Origin: the human T2T-CHM13v2.0 reference genome, Homo sapiens | Length of the DNA stretch: 64,000 nucleotides | NCBI RefSeq assembly: GCF_009914755.1 | Contig: NC_060928.1 | Strand: one strand, 5' to 3' | Part shown: positions 28,393 to 40,900 of the stretch, in pieces | Position numbering within the stretch: position 1 is the stretch's first letter | Layout of the letters: each line of letters opens with the position of its first letter | Translations under genes and position numbers: made by a program | Notes under the pieces: model-generated | Database searches by the model: none | What the model was told of the DNA's origin: nothing | What the model saw: the letters and a program-made list of their open reading frames with translations, nothing else

Positions 28393-30545
28393 GCCAAAAT
28401 TGACAAATGGGATCTAATTAAACTAAAAAGCTTCTGCATGGCAAAAGAAACTATTGGGGAAACCTGCCCCCAATATTTCAATGTAGGTTCTTTCTATTTT
28501 CCATAAGTGTTGGCTGGCTGAGAAATAAAGGGAGACAATATAAAGAGAGGAATTTTACAGCTGGGCCACCAGGGATGACATCACATATTGGTAGGACCAT
28601 GATGCCCGCCTGAGTCTCAGACCAGCAAGTTTTTATTAAGGGTTTCAAAAGGGGAGGAGGTGTAAGAACAGAGAGTAGGTACAAAGATCACATACTTTAA
28701 AGAGCCAAAAGCAGAACCACTGACAAGAGTCTAAAAAAGATCACATGCTTGTGAGGGAATAGGACAAAGGACAAAAGCAGAACCACTGATAAGGGTCCAA
28801 CAAAGATCACGGGGCAAAGAGCAAAAGCAGAACTGCTGATAAGGGTCTATGTTCAGTGGTGCACATATTGTCTTGATAAATATCTTAAGCAATAGAAAAC
28901 AGGGTTCAAAAGCAGAGAACTGGTCTGACCACAAATTTACCAGGGCAGAGTTTTCCCAACCCTAGTAAGCCTGAGGGTTCTGCAGGAGACCAGGGTGTAT
29001 CTCAGTCCTTATCTCAACTGCACAAGACAGACATTCCTAGAGAGGCTGTTTATAGACCTCCCCCAAGGAACACATTCCTTTCCCAGGATGTTAATATTAA
29101 TATTCCTTGCTAGGAAAAGGATTTAGTGATATCTTTCCTACTTGCACATCCATTTATAGGCTCTCTGCAAGAAGAAAAATGTGGCTCTTTTTGCCTGACC
29201 CCGCAGGCAGTCAGACCTTATGGTTGTCTTCCCTTGTTCCATAAAAATTGCTGTTATTCTGTTCTTTTTCAAGGTGCACTGATTTCATATTGTTCAAATA
29301 CACATGTTTTACAATCAATTTGTACAGTTAACACAATTATCACAGTGGTCCTGAGGTGACATACATCCTCAGTTATGGAGATAACAGGATTAAGAGATTA
29401 AAGTAAAGACAGGCATAAGAAATTATAAAAGTATATTGTATATAAAAGTATATAAAAGTACTGATAAATGTCCATATTAAGATGAAATCTTCACAATTTG
29501 TGTTCCCCTGCCACGGCTACAGCTGGTCCCTCCATTTGGGGTCCCTTACTTCCCACAACAAGAAACTAGCATCAGCATGAACAGGCAAACTACCGAATGG
29601 GAGAGAATTTTTGCAATCTACCCATCTATAGAATATCCAGAATCTACAAGGAACTTAAGCAAATTTACAAAAAAAAAATATATCAAAAAATGGGCAAAGG
29701 ATATGAACAGATACTTCTCAAAAGAAGACATTTATGCAGCCAACAAACATATGAAGAAAAGCTCATCATCACTGGTCATTAGAGAAATGCAAATCAAAAC
29801 AAAAACTGAGATACCATCTCATGCCAGTTAGAATGGCTATTATTAAAAAGTCAGGAAACAGCAGATGCTGGAGAGGATGTGGAGAAATAGGAATGCTTTT
29901 ACACTGTTGGTGGGATTGTAAATTAGTTCAACCATTGTGGAAGACAGTGTGGTGATCCCTCAAGGATCTAGAACCAGAAATACCATTTGACCTAGCCGTT
30001 CCATTACTGGGTATATATCCAAAGGATTATAAATTATTTTACAATAAAGATTTATGTATGTTTATTGCAGCACTATTTACAATAGTAAAAACTTGGAACC
30101 AACCCAAATGCTTATCAATGATGGGCTGGATAAAGAAAATGTTGCACATATACATCATAGAATACTATGCAGCCATAAAAAAAACTGAGTTCATGTCTGT
30201 TGCAGGGACATGGATGAAGCTAGAAGCCATCATTCTCAGCAAACTAACATGGAACAGAAAACCAAACACCACATGTTCTCACTCATAAGTGAGAGTTGAA
30301 CAATGAGAACATGTAGACACAGGGAAGGGAACATCACACACTGGGGCCTGTTAGGGGGTGGGGGGCAAAGGGAGGGAGAGCAGTAGGACAAATACCTAAT
30401 GCATGTAGGGCTTAAAACCTAGATGATGGGTTGATAGGTGGAGCAAACCACCATGGCACATGTAAACCTACGTAACAAACTTGCACATTCTGCACATGTG
30501 TCCCAGAACTTAAAGTAAAACTTTTTAAAAAAAAATTTTTAAAAA
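28393..30545 (+). mobile_element. 5'-truncated L1PA7/8-like element interrupted by MER11
   Basis: ORF2 C-terminal peptides ([48 protein letters not shown]), L1PA7/8-type 3'UTR (GGACAAATACCTAATGCATG..GCTTAAAACCTAGATGA) and A-rich tail. Confidence 0.93.
28452..29560 (-). mobile_element. MER11 (HERV-K11/HML-8) solo LTR
   Basis: 1109 bp, minus strand starts TGTTGTGGGAAGTAAGGGACCCCAAATGGAGGGACC. 6-bp TSD AGAAAC (28446-28451 and 29561-29566), typical of beta-like ERVs. L1 sequence is continuous across it. Confidence 0.92.
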
Positions 30546-30614
30546 GAAATAGAAATAAGCTTTATGCTATCTAGAATCTATAATTATCTAAATTCAATCC
30601 TCCCTTTAAATTAG

Positions 30615-30985
30615 CATATATCTGTATAGCTATATGTATATAGATATATTATCATATATTTGTATATCTATATGTACATATATATCTTTATGTATAGATT
30701 ATAAATATATCTATATATCTACATATAGATTTATATGTATATGCTAAGCTATCTATGTACATATAGATATGCAGATATATGTATATCTTTAAATTAATAT
30801 ATGTCTGTATATCTATATGTAGTAGATATCTTAGTATATACTTATAGATCTACACATATGTATCTGTAGCTCTATATTATATAGATATGTTAGCATATAG
30901 ATATAGTTATATACCTATAGATCTATATATATGCTAATATATATACACATATATATACAGATATATGCTAATATATGCTAATATA
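30615..30985. repeat. Degenerate (TA)n-rich low-complexity tract
   Basis: Directly visible. Confidence 0.9.
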
Positions 30986-32686
30986 ACCCTAAACAATAGA
31001 AACACTGACAGCATGAATCTTTTTATTTACCTGATTTTATAATCTAAGCCATATGGTGCTTGCTGGAATGACATTTATAGTGCAAGAAAAATCTCTTGAT
31101 CTAAAGCATGCTTTATAATCCTTATTCCCTCCAGTGTATTTATTAACAATTTTCCTAATCTGTACATGAATTCTGAATGAGGTTTAAATTACTCCATCTG
31201 TATCCCTGCTTGATATTATGGCACAGCAAATATTAACTATACAAAAGTTATATGCAAAAACTGAAGAGACACAGTAATTTGGTAAATAAACTTGTGTATA
31301 GGATTTTTCTTAGAATCCACATTCAGTTCTATTTAAAGAAAAACTTTATTATAACCTGCATTTTAATTATATTTTACATATTTCATACTAAATATTAGTG
31401 CAGTTTTCAAAATTAATTAAACATGAATAAAATACACTAAATGTGGAGATCATCTTTTTGTAAAATCAGAAAATAGATTTTTTCTGAATTGCCTATTGTA
31501 TTCTTTATTTTTTTTTATTTGCAGCAGCAAATCTTGGTTGCCCTTTAAAAAGCCCTTCAAATTGGATTAAAATCTAGACATTCAAATGGAAAATATAAGA
31601 AAGAATTCAGCATCCTCCTGTGGTTAATAATTTTTCCTCTTTCTTCCAACGGTTGTTGACTAGCACTTCTGGTTGCATCAATGCCCGTCTACATTTAGGA
31701 GAACATGCCTCAATTCTCATGGGCAGCAAGAGGAGAGTGTTATATTTTCCCAATGAGATCAATTGCTGTTGTATTTGATCTGCTTTTTCAGTGTCCATTT
31801 TGTACTTTGCTTTTTAGATTTTGCACTTTAACTGTGGTGATACTATTTTTAAGAATTTAAGTCAAAATTACAGAGGATTGGGATATTAACACATTGTTGA
31901 CAATTATAAATGATGACTTACAATTTAAAAACCTGACTATGTGGGTGTATCATAGTGTCCTTAATGCTGGATTTGTTGTTGTTGCTGTGTTCTTGGCTTA
32001 TTTTGTTCATTGAAGCACACAACGTATTTAATTATATCAAGCAGCTGTTGTGCAAGGGCAGCAGATGTTTTGCATAATGTTTATTTACATTGCCATAATG
32101 TAATTCGAGAGGCCATTATGATTCCATCTTTGTGGCCAATCCCATATTTCCTTCGTAGATTCTGTGGGCAATGAACTTTTATCTTCATCAGAGCTTGAAG
32201 TGACCAAATAAACTAAATAAAATCATCACATATTACTGCATGTTTTATGAGTTATGGACAGCAGTGTATAATTTCTTCTCCACTTACTTAGTGATAACTT
32301 ATCTAAAAAGGCATGCAGATTATAAAATACTCAGTACAATAGCACATTTAGGCATTTACATTTGGAAACAAAATTTGTGTGCTCCTTCAGACTTCTCCCA
32401 ACTCTTGCCTTATTTTTCTCTCTTGTTTGATACACCTCTCACGCCAGAATGCCCACCACTTTCAAATATGAGTGAAACACCCTCATCTGGTTGCATGAGA
32501 GGTTACCAGATAGCAAATCGATTCTCCTGGAAGTGTGAGCAAGTTACTCCCAGTGGCATGAACCTTAACCAGTGAGCAACAGAATTTTTACATCATTGTG
32601 GATTTGTTTTCACATTGTAATCTATGAACTTTTGCTGTTTGTTTGTTTTACTTTTCAAATATGTATATATTACATTAATATATAAT

Positions 32687-32824
32687 ATTTATTTATTTAT
32701 TTATTTATAGAGGTGAAGTCTTGCCATATTTCCGAGGCTGCTCTTGAACTCCTGGCCTCAAGAGATCCTGCCACCTGAGCCTCCCAAGTAGCTGGGATTA
32801 CAGGCCAAGCCGCCTTGCCTGGCT
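32687..32824 (-). mobile_element. Free left Alu monomer (FLAM) with (TTTA)n tail
   Basis: GTCTTGCCATATT..CTTGAACTCCTGGCCTCAAG..AGTAGCTGGGATTACAGG; single arm only. Confidence 0.85.
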
Positions 32825-32899
32825 TCAGTATTTGCTGTTAATAAAATGAAGTTACATTGGTGGGCTAAACAATTTATCATCAGGAAGTGATCCATAAAT

Positions 32900-33170
32900 T
32901 ATATTTGTTTAATATTAATGTAGCTACACAGCTTCCTCTTTGCTAGTATTTGCATGATTTATTTTTTGTTTGTTTATAGCAACCTTTTTTCTTTCTGCTA
33001 TATTTTTACCTCTGCCTCCTTTAAGCTGCAGATTATCGGGTATGACCTTTTTGTTTCATCCAACATTTCTTTTGACAAAGATATTTAGTTCATTTATATT
33101 TATGTGATTACTGAAATCTTTAGGTTTAAATCTATAGCATTGTTTTGTACTTTACAGTTGATCGGCTCCC
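32900..33170 (-). mobile_element. Ancient L1M/L1ME fragment
   Basis: TAATATTAATGTAGCTAC..CAGCTT..TAGTATTTGCATG..TTTAGTTCATTTATATTT..TGATTACTGA resembles antisense L1M ORF2 5' region. Confidence 0.55.
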
Positions 33171-34386
33171 ACTTACCTTTCTTTTTCTGTCCTTTCTTGT
33201 CCGATTTGATATTATTGGTTATATTTTTATTGGCTTATTTGATCATTTGCATTTATAATTTTACTATAATTTCAAAATAATTTTACAAGAAGCTTGAAAT
33301 CTTTAAGGCTATTACTAATAAAAGTAGTCTTTATTCTATAGTATTTAAATATGATTATTTTAATTTGTTATTAAATATGATGGTGAATTCTGTGTTAATA
33401 CAGTGAGATGCAAAAGCAGAAAAATAAAGTTACATAAAAACATAGCTTAAGTGAGAAAAGGGAAATATAATAATTTATAGAAGCTCAGCAAACTAGTCAA
33501 AAGTAGAATACATTAAAATTTAATTTCACATTTATTCAAGAAAATATTTTATTCCAAATATTGTCGTCCAAAAGTGGAACAGTGTTATAGTTCACAGCGT
33601 GAATTCTGCTAAATGAACTTCTTACCCATTTTAGCTGCGGTAAATGCTCTCAAGGAAAACTTCAGAGATTGACAGAATTTCTCATTCCACTTATCCTCAT
33701 TGACATCAAGTCCAGAGTAGAGCCAGTGAATGTTTGGACTAGATGAGTGAGCAAATATTTGGCCTCATGGGACCTAATGGGACTTAGGATATTTATTAGC
33801 TACTTTAGAATAGGAAAATATAAGTACAAATCCTCCTATGTTAATGGAGTTAGTGTTTGGCTGAGAATATATTTTACACTTCTTAGGCTTTCATCTCTGT
33901 TCCAGCTTCCACTGTAGTTGTCTTAATACTTCTTTAATTTTTGCCTCATTAAGAGTGTAAAATGATCCTTCATAGGGGTGAGAAACTGATTGCTGATATC
34001 CTCTGATAATTTTCTTACCCCTCATGTTCTGTGATGATTTTAGCTAAAACATATAAGAATATGTGTTTTAAAATAAGCAGTTTAATTTTAGGTGTCACGA
34101 CACCTCTTGGTCTCTCAATTTACGCATACTTGAATGAAAGAAAATGGCTTCTATTCACCAAGGATGAAAGTAAGTTTGGGGGCACTAATGTTAATTATAT
34201 AATAGTAAATGTTTTCAAAATATGTCAAAATATACTTCACTTGATAATCAGCATAATTATTTTTATGTTTAATGTTCCCCTCCTAGATTTTTAAAAGATT
34301 AAATATAACCCCGCCTTTCTTATTTCTATATTTTTTATTTAAATTTATTTTTGTTGATTTTCTCAGTTCCAAAAAATGATGATTAA

Positions 34387-35285
34387 TAAAGACCTTTGCA
34401 AGAATTATGACTGTGGGAGAAATCTAATATAGCTAACTCCATCTTGCTTCTAACTTCACATTCTGTTCTTGCTCATTCCTCCAACTATGGGAAAAAATTA
34501 GTTTATAGTTTAACTTTAAAACAAAGATGATAACAGTCCTTTGTTGAAACTAACCTCTTCCTTACTCAAGAACTGAAACCACCTTTGTAAAACTAATAAA
34601 TAGTTCAGAAGTTCTGTAGCCAGAAGTGACGAGATTTGTAACCTCCCAAATTATTCTTATAGATAACATCACTATTGTAAAACCTGAGAAAGGTGTTTTG
34701 GGTATCTCTTAGACCTGGCATTCTGATGGACCACCTGATGCAACCCAGACTGGTAACTCATACTAAGAAACTGACTCAAGGCTCGGCGTGGTGACTCACA
34801 TCTATAATCCAAAAACCTTGGGAAACTGATTGACAGAGCATCCCTATGCCCAGGTATTCAAGGTTACTGTGAGCTATGATCATGCCTTTGCACTCCAGCT
34901 TGAGCCGCATAGTGAGACCCTGTCTCAATTTTAAAAATTAAAAAGAAAAAGAAAGAAAAGTAACTTAATCAACTGGTCTTGTGACTCCTACCCAGGAACT
35001 GACTCAGGGCAGGAGGACAACGTCAATTACCTATGATTTTATTCCTGACCTAACCAATCACCATTCCTTTTGCCTACTCTCCTGCTTGCCAAACTGTCCT
35101 TAAAAAAACTGTAGCTTCTGAGTTCTTAGGGAGGTGTATTTGAGAAATACACCCATCCTTTCACTTGGCTGGCCCTGTGATTATTCAACTCTTTTTGTTG
35201 TTGCTGTTTTGCCTGTAATGGCTGCTGTTCTCAGAGCACTGGCTTTCCTGGGGAGGAGGCAAGAAGACCTTGTTAGGCTGTAACA
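34387..35285 (+). mobile_element. 5' LTR (LTR8A/LTR8B-like) of ERV1 MER4-group provirus
   Basis: CCTTTGCAAGAATTATGAC..ACTCCATCTTGCTTCTAAC..TTAGTTTATAGTTTAAC; ends GGCTGTAACA just before the PBS; colinear with 42476-43586. Confidence 0.9.
34780..34957 (+). mobile_element. FRAM/FAM-like old Alu monomer inside the 5' LTR
   Basis: GGCTCGGCGTGGTG..AGGTTACTGTGAGCTATGATC..GCACTCCAGC..GAGACCCTGTCTC plus A tail. Degenerate TSD AAGAAACTGACTCAA / AAGTAACTTAATCAA. Confidence 0.88.
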
Positions 35286-35289
35286 CATT

Positions 35290-35307
35290 TGGGGGCTCAT
35301 CTGGGAT
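35290..35307 (+). promoter_or_regulatory. Retroviral primer-binding site, tRNA-Pro
   Basis: TGGGGGCTCATCTGGGAT versus canonical PBS-Pro TGGGGGCTCGTCCGGGAT (two CpG-type transitions), 4 nt after the LTR end. Confidence 0.9.
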
Positions 35308-36717
35308 AGCCTTTGTGGGCACTTGCCCTCAGTTTGGCAGCCTCTCACTGGTATGACAGATCTGGAGGTGAGCCCAAGTGGTTGGACTGAGGGCCACCTC
35401 TGGTGCCATCTTGGCCAATGGAGCACAGTCAACCCACAGTGCTTAAACCTACTTTGCAGTGGATACATTTTTGAGGGGATTTGAAGAAATCTGGTAAATA
35501 TTCTAAGCACAATGAACAACCATATCCTTCTCTCAGTTGGTTAGGCTCTTTGAAGGTCTTGTGGCTCTTTGTGGGTTTTTGTTGGCTCTCACTAAATAGT
35601 AGGAAGGGTCTTGGTTTGAGGAGATTTCTCCCCAATTAGAGAATAGGGTGCCTGCTTAGAAGAATATTCTTATAAATTTTTAATTTGCAATTTTGATTTG
35701 AAGGTCTTTTATCTTTCCCTTGTTGTACATATTTGTATGTGTGGAGAAAATCCCCTGAAGGAATTGCTGGTGGAAATCCAGCGGGCAAAGCTAAGGAAAC
35801 TCTCCTTGTTTGTCTCATCAGTCATATTCAAGGAGCACTGAAGGACTTGTTAGCAGAAGCTCAGCAGGCCTAAATCAGGGCGACTATTTGCTCTTCCATC
35901 CTGCCCAGAGACCACGCATTGAAACTCCTGGTTGGAGGTCATCCCTCTCCACCTTGAATGGAACTAAGACAACAGGGGCCAAACAGTGGCAAGTTTGAGG
36001 CTTGTCAGGTTGGTACTTGGGTGCTGAACAGGCCGACTAGAGTCTGGGTTTGTTATGTGCATATAGCTCAAGCCAGAATGAGAAATATTAATTAAGTTCC
36101 CCCACGCAACCCACTGGGCAGCATCTTGCAAAACTTGGAGGCTTTTCCTAACGGTCCATGAAGTGGAAAATGTGTTTTATAACATGGCTTGGCCCCCACG
36201 GCTGTGGTGCAGTGAACAGGATCACCAGGGCTACTCTGCCCTGCTGGGGGCCAGGAGCCTGATGAGTTGGCAAAAGGATAAGAATTTCTCACCAGCCAGG
36301 CTCCTGGTTTCTCCCTCTGTGCTCTCCATGGAACTGACAAAAGTCACTGTTTGTCCCCTTGGCAAGATTTTGATTAATGGGGGGAAAAAAAGAATTGTGT
36401 GAGCAGTCTTGTACTATAGATTTTAGAGATCTCTTATTCTAAACAGTTGATGAGAAAATTATTTCTTTTTTTAAAAAAGACACATAATAGTGCCATGGCT
36501 AGCCAGGAGAATTCTCTTGAGCAGCTAAACTCCTTTACAAACTCAAAACTGGCTGCTCTAGGTTCCTTCTGGGAAAAGCAGTGGCAAATGCCCCATGATG
36601 TAGTTCATGAAATAAGATTCTGCCCTTTCACCATGGTGGCCGGGATTCAATTTTTGGCTCAGAGAATGAGTCCTTTCTGGTTTGATATTTGTGTGACTTT
36701 TGCCATTTATATCAATA

Positions 36718-36803
<86 letters not shown>

Positions 36804-36818
36804 GTATGTATATATATA
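36718..36818. repeat. Compound (TG)n(TA)n microsatellite, duplicated block
   Basis: Directly visible. Confidence 0.97.
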
Positions 36819-36847
36819 GTTTTAAGGCCTCTATTCTCTCCCTGTAA

Positions 36848-37228
<381 letters not shown>

Positions 37229-37593
37229 ATACCTAGCATAATTTCTAACAGCCTGCGACTTCTTGGGAAAAACAGAAAAAAATGCCATTTGGAGGAACCT
37301 CTGTTTTCATCATGGAAACTCAAGAGATGTAAGCTTTTACATTGTGTTGTCTCATCTTTTTAGCTTTTGAGGGTACCAGTAATTACTTTGTATTTTGAGA
37401 AAATTTTTAACCTTGATATGTGTAATAGCTAGATTAAAGATATGCCTTCAGAGATAGCTAATGGCATTTGCTTCAAGCAAAGTGTACTCTTGAGCATGTA
37501 GAAGGTATAGAAAAATCCTGACTCCCCACTGAGGGATAAGATTCCTATGGGAGATGGGCTAATTACAGAGTAGGTTAACTGGCATTGGGTTGC

Positions 37594-37962
37594 TGATATG
37601 GTTTGGCTGTGTCCCCACCCAAATCTCATCTTGAAATGTAACTCCCACAATCCCCACATGTCATGGGAGGAACCTGGTAGGAGGTGATTGAATTATGGGG
37701 GGGGTCTTTCCTGTGCTGTTGTCATGACAGTGAATGAGTCTTATGAGATCTGATGGTTTTAAAAATGAGAGTTTCCCTGCACAACCTCTCTCTGTGCCTG
37801 CTGCCATCCATGTAAGATGTGACTTGCTTCTCCTTGCCATCTTCTTTGATTGTGTGGCCTCTCCAGTCATGTGGAACTGTAAGTCCATTAAACCTCTTTC
37901 TTTTGTAAATTGCCCAGTCTGTGGTATGTCTTTATCAGCAGCATGAAAATGGACTAAATACA
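37594..37962 (+). mobile_element. THE1 (THE1B/C-like) MaLR solo LTR
   Basis: TGATATGGTTTGGCTGTGTCCCCACCCAAATCTCATCTTGAA...GGACTAAATACA; perfect 5-bp TSD GTTGC. Confidence 0.96.
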
Positions 37963-40900
37963 GTTGCCCACCAGCCTCAGGGGAATGTCCATACAGTGAA
38001 GTGCACTGTAAAAATATTGCACTGTCTCATCCCACAGTGTTTGCATCTTTTTGAAAACCCAGGATTTGGTGCAAAAATGGGATCCTTGATTTGGGGATAT
38101 TTATTCTGCCTTCTAGCTATGCTTGTTTCTCGCATATGTAAATATTAGGTGCTAAAAGCTTCTGTGCTTTCTTAGCCCTGTTTCTTCCTGTATTTCCTGA
38201 AGGCTCCAACCTAAAGCCTGAATTTAATTAAGACACAAGTTAAAAAGCCAAAATGCAACTCTCTGGTAATTAGTTGGCTATCTTAAAACCACTGTGTAAA
38301 ACAAATTGATATCTTTAAGGAAATCTCTAAATGTAGGAGTGCCTGCCTGTGTACATTAGAAATTCTGATGCTACAATATTTACACCTAATGTCTTAACTC
38401 TGTGCTTTTAAAATATAAATTTTGTATCTCATTTCACCTAAGAGTTGTCCTTTTTGAAATGTAAATTTAGAGCTGCCCAGCTGACGACTGTTTAGGGAAG
38501 TGAACAAGTAATCAAGAGATTGAGAATGTAAAATGGGTAAGAAAAACTTTACAAACTGTCCAATAAGGACTGTTATAAATGAAGTGTCTTATAAACTGTA
38601 AGATCTGCTTCTGTCTGTGTGTCTGCTATGTCCATATGTTTATATGCGTATGTGATACTCATATAAACATGCGTATGTGTATACATATGTATGTAACATA
38701 CATATGCGTATGTGATACGCATATGTTTATATGCGTATGTGATATTTCACTACCAAAATATATGAAAGAGTTTTAATTGGCTTAAAGAAAGAAAAATAAG
38801 TGCTTAAACTAAATATTTTATTAAAAAAAAACCCCAACTAACTCAAATGTCTTTTAGTTCATGTGACTTTTGCAATCTTTGGTAAATACAGTTTTAAAAT
38901 TATTGTTAAAATAAAATTGAAATATTTTCAGAATTTAGACATTTGGTCTGAATTAGGCAGGTCAGATACTGTCTTTGCTACATGTTTTAAGATCAGGAAC
39001 TGCTTCTGTGACATTTTTGATAATTGTTTGACTTGTTTGTTTTAGAGCCATTAGATTCTAGGTAAGGCCTGGGGACATGTGGAGCTAGGCATGCCCACTG
39101 GCTATGCTGGGAAGAATAAAACATTATCTGCAGTTCTGTCCTGGGCTCTGCACCTGGTACTTAATTAAAATTACCTACCTCCAATTTTTTCTTTTAACTA
39201 AAAGTAAGAGTTACTAAGAGTTACCATTCATACATAGCATATTAAAAGTATGATCGTATTTCGTGATATCAAGTGTTTTAAACTTTTGATATTTGGCAAA
39301 ATTTTACAAATCAAAATTTCTTTTCAAAAAAAGTTATAAGAAAGCATGTTTTCTGGTTTTCAGAAAAGAAAGTAATTATATTTTAGAGGCTTTTAATAGT
39401 TAAAAGCACAATAGTTGTTTTTACCTTGATCCTTTTCAAAAAGCAGTTCATAATCAGCTATAAGAATTAAGTTACAGGAAGATAGGACAAAACTGAAGGT
39501 TTAAGCAAGTTGTAGGAGGTTTGTAGAAGATTAATCTTCTAAAAGAAACTTTGTGGAAAGTTTGCTAAAATTTAAATGGGATTATTTAGTTTTTCTATAA
39601 ATTAAACATTAAAACCAAAAGCATACTGATGCACAGCAGAATCTAGACCTCTATGATAGAATAATAGGGTTCTATTGGAGAGCTAATCTACTCTTTAATT
39701 TAAAAAAAATAAAAGATTTGAAAGTTTTACAAAAATCTTATTGTGTGGTCAAACTGGTTGGATTAATTTCTTTCTACAATTTTATTAAAAATTGGCTTTA
39801 ATGTTAATAATTCATGAATAAAAAGGTAAATTTGTTTTTTTCTTTTATACAAGATTTTCATGCAATATTGAAAGATTTCTGTTTGCTTTTTGAGTGAACT
39901 GCAACAAAAAGGAAAGAAAAGAAGGGAGAGAGGAGGGACAAATGCAGTTGGCCTCCTTATGCTACCTTTATTTGGTCTTGTATTTTTTGTGGAAAGCTGA
40001 GTCCCCTATCAAAGGGTAAAGATTTTTGCCTTTAAAAAAATCTTGAGTTATCACACTTTGACCAAATAAATGAACTGTGATTCTCTTTGTTGATATCAAG
40101 TGTTTTAAACTTTTGATATTTGATATTTGCAAACTTTTTAAAATCAAAATTTCAGTTTCAAGTTCTAAATTTCAATGAAATATTTTGAACTAATTAACTT
40201 TCTTTAGATGTTAGGTCCCCTGACATCCAAAAGAGATATAATTAGCTTATATGGTGTGTTAAATAATACAGGAAGCATTGTCAAATATGAAATAGTACTT
40301 AACTTTCTTTGGGTTATAGTTATATAAATGTATTATTAGTACATGTTCCAAAATTACATAAGATTTCTATATTTCTGATGTCTCAGTATGTATTATCAGT
40401 AATAATTATTATTATATTAGATTTTTGTGTGCCACAGAGATAATCAGTTTTCCTTGTCAATTGTGTCTTTGGCTATGGCTGTCCTAAGACTTTTTTCATT
40501 CACAATAATTGTCTTACCTTGATCCTTTTTAAAAAGCAGTTCATAATCAGCTGTAACAATCTGACAGGTGGACTTGAATGCAGATTTCTTATAACTTTGG
40601 ATATTGTGCCATTGGAATAGAGAGAAAAGCTTCCAGGACCCTCTTGGAGAGCTGATATGTTCATAAGGACTTCTGGCCCAATATTGAGCAGAACAAAACT
40701 TAATCTTACCAACTAAATTGATAGAAAACCAAAACAATCTTTTAGTAATTTTTTTTTGTTTGAAACATTACTGATTCTTTTTGTTTTGTTTTTCAGTCAA
40801 TAAAACTTTTTTCATTTGAGTCATTTGCAGCTTTTAAATATTTAATGAAGTATCCTCTTGTGAGCAAAATTTAAAGCATATTTCTTTCTACCTGATTTCT

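Noticed and set aside
29577-30288. Plus-strand ORFs resembling a protein C-terminus
   Set aside because: L1PA ORF2 remnant of a 5'-truncated, interrupted copy.
32240-32575. 111-aa ATG-initiated ORF in unique sequence
   Set aside because: No recognisable domain or splice context, and the length is plausible by chance in 64 kb; not supportable without expression or conservation data.
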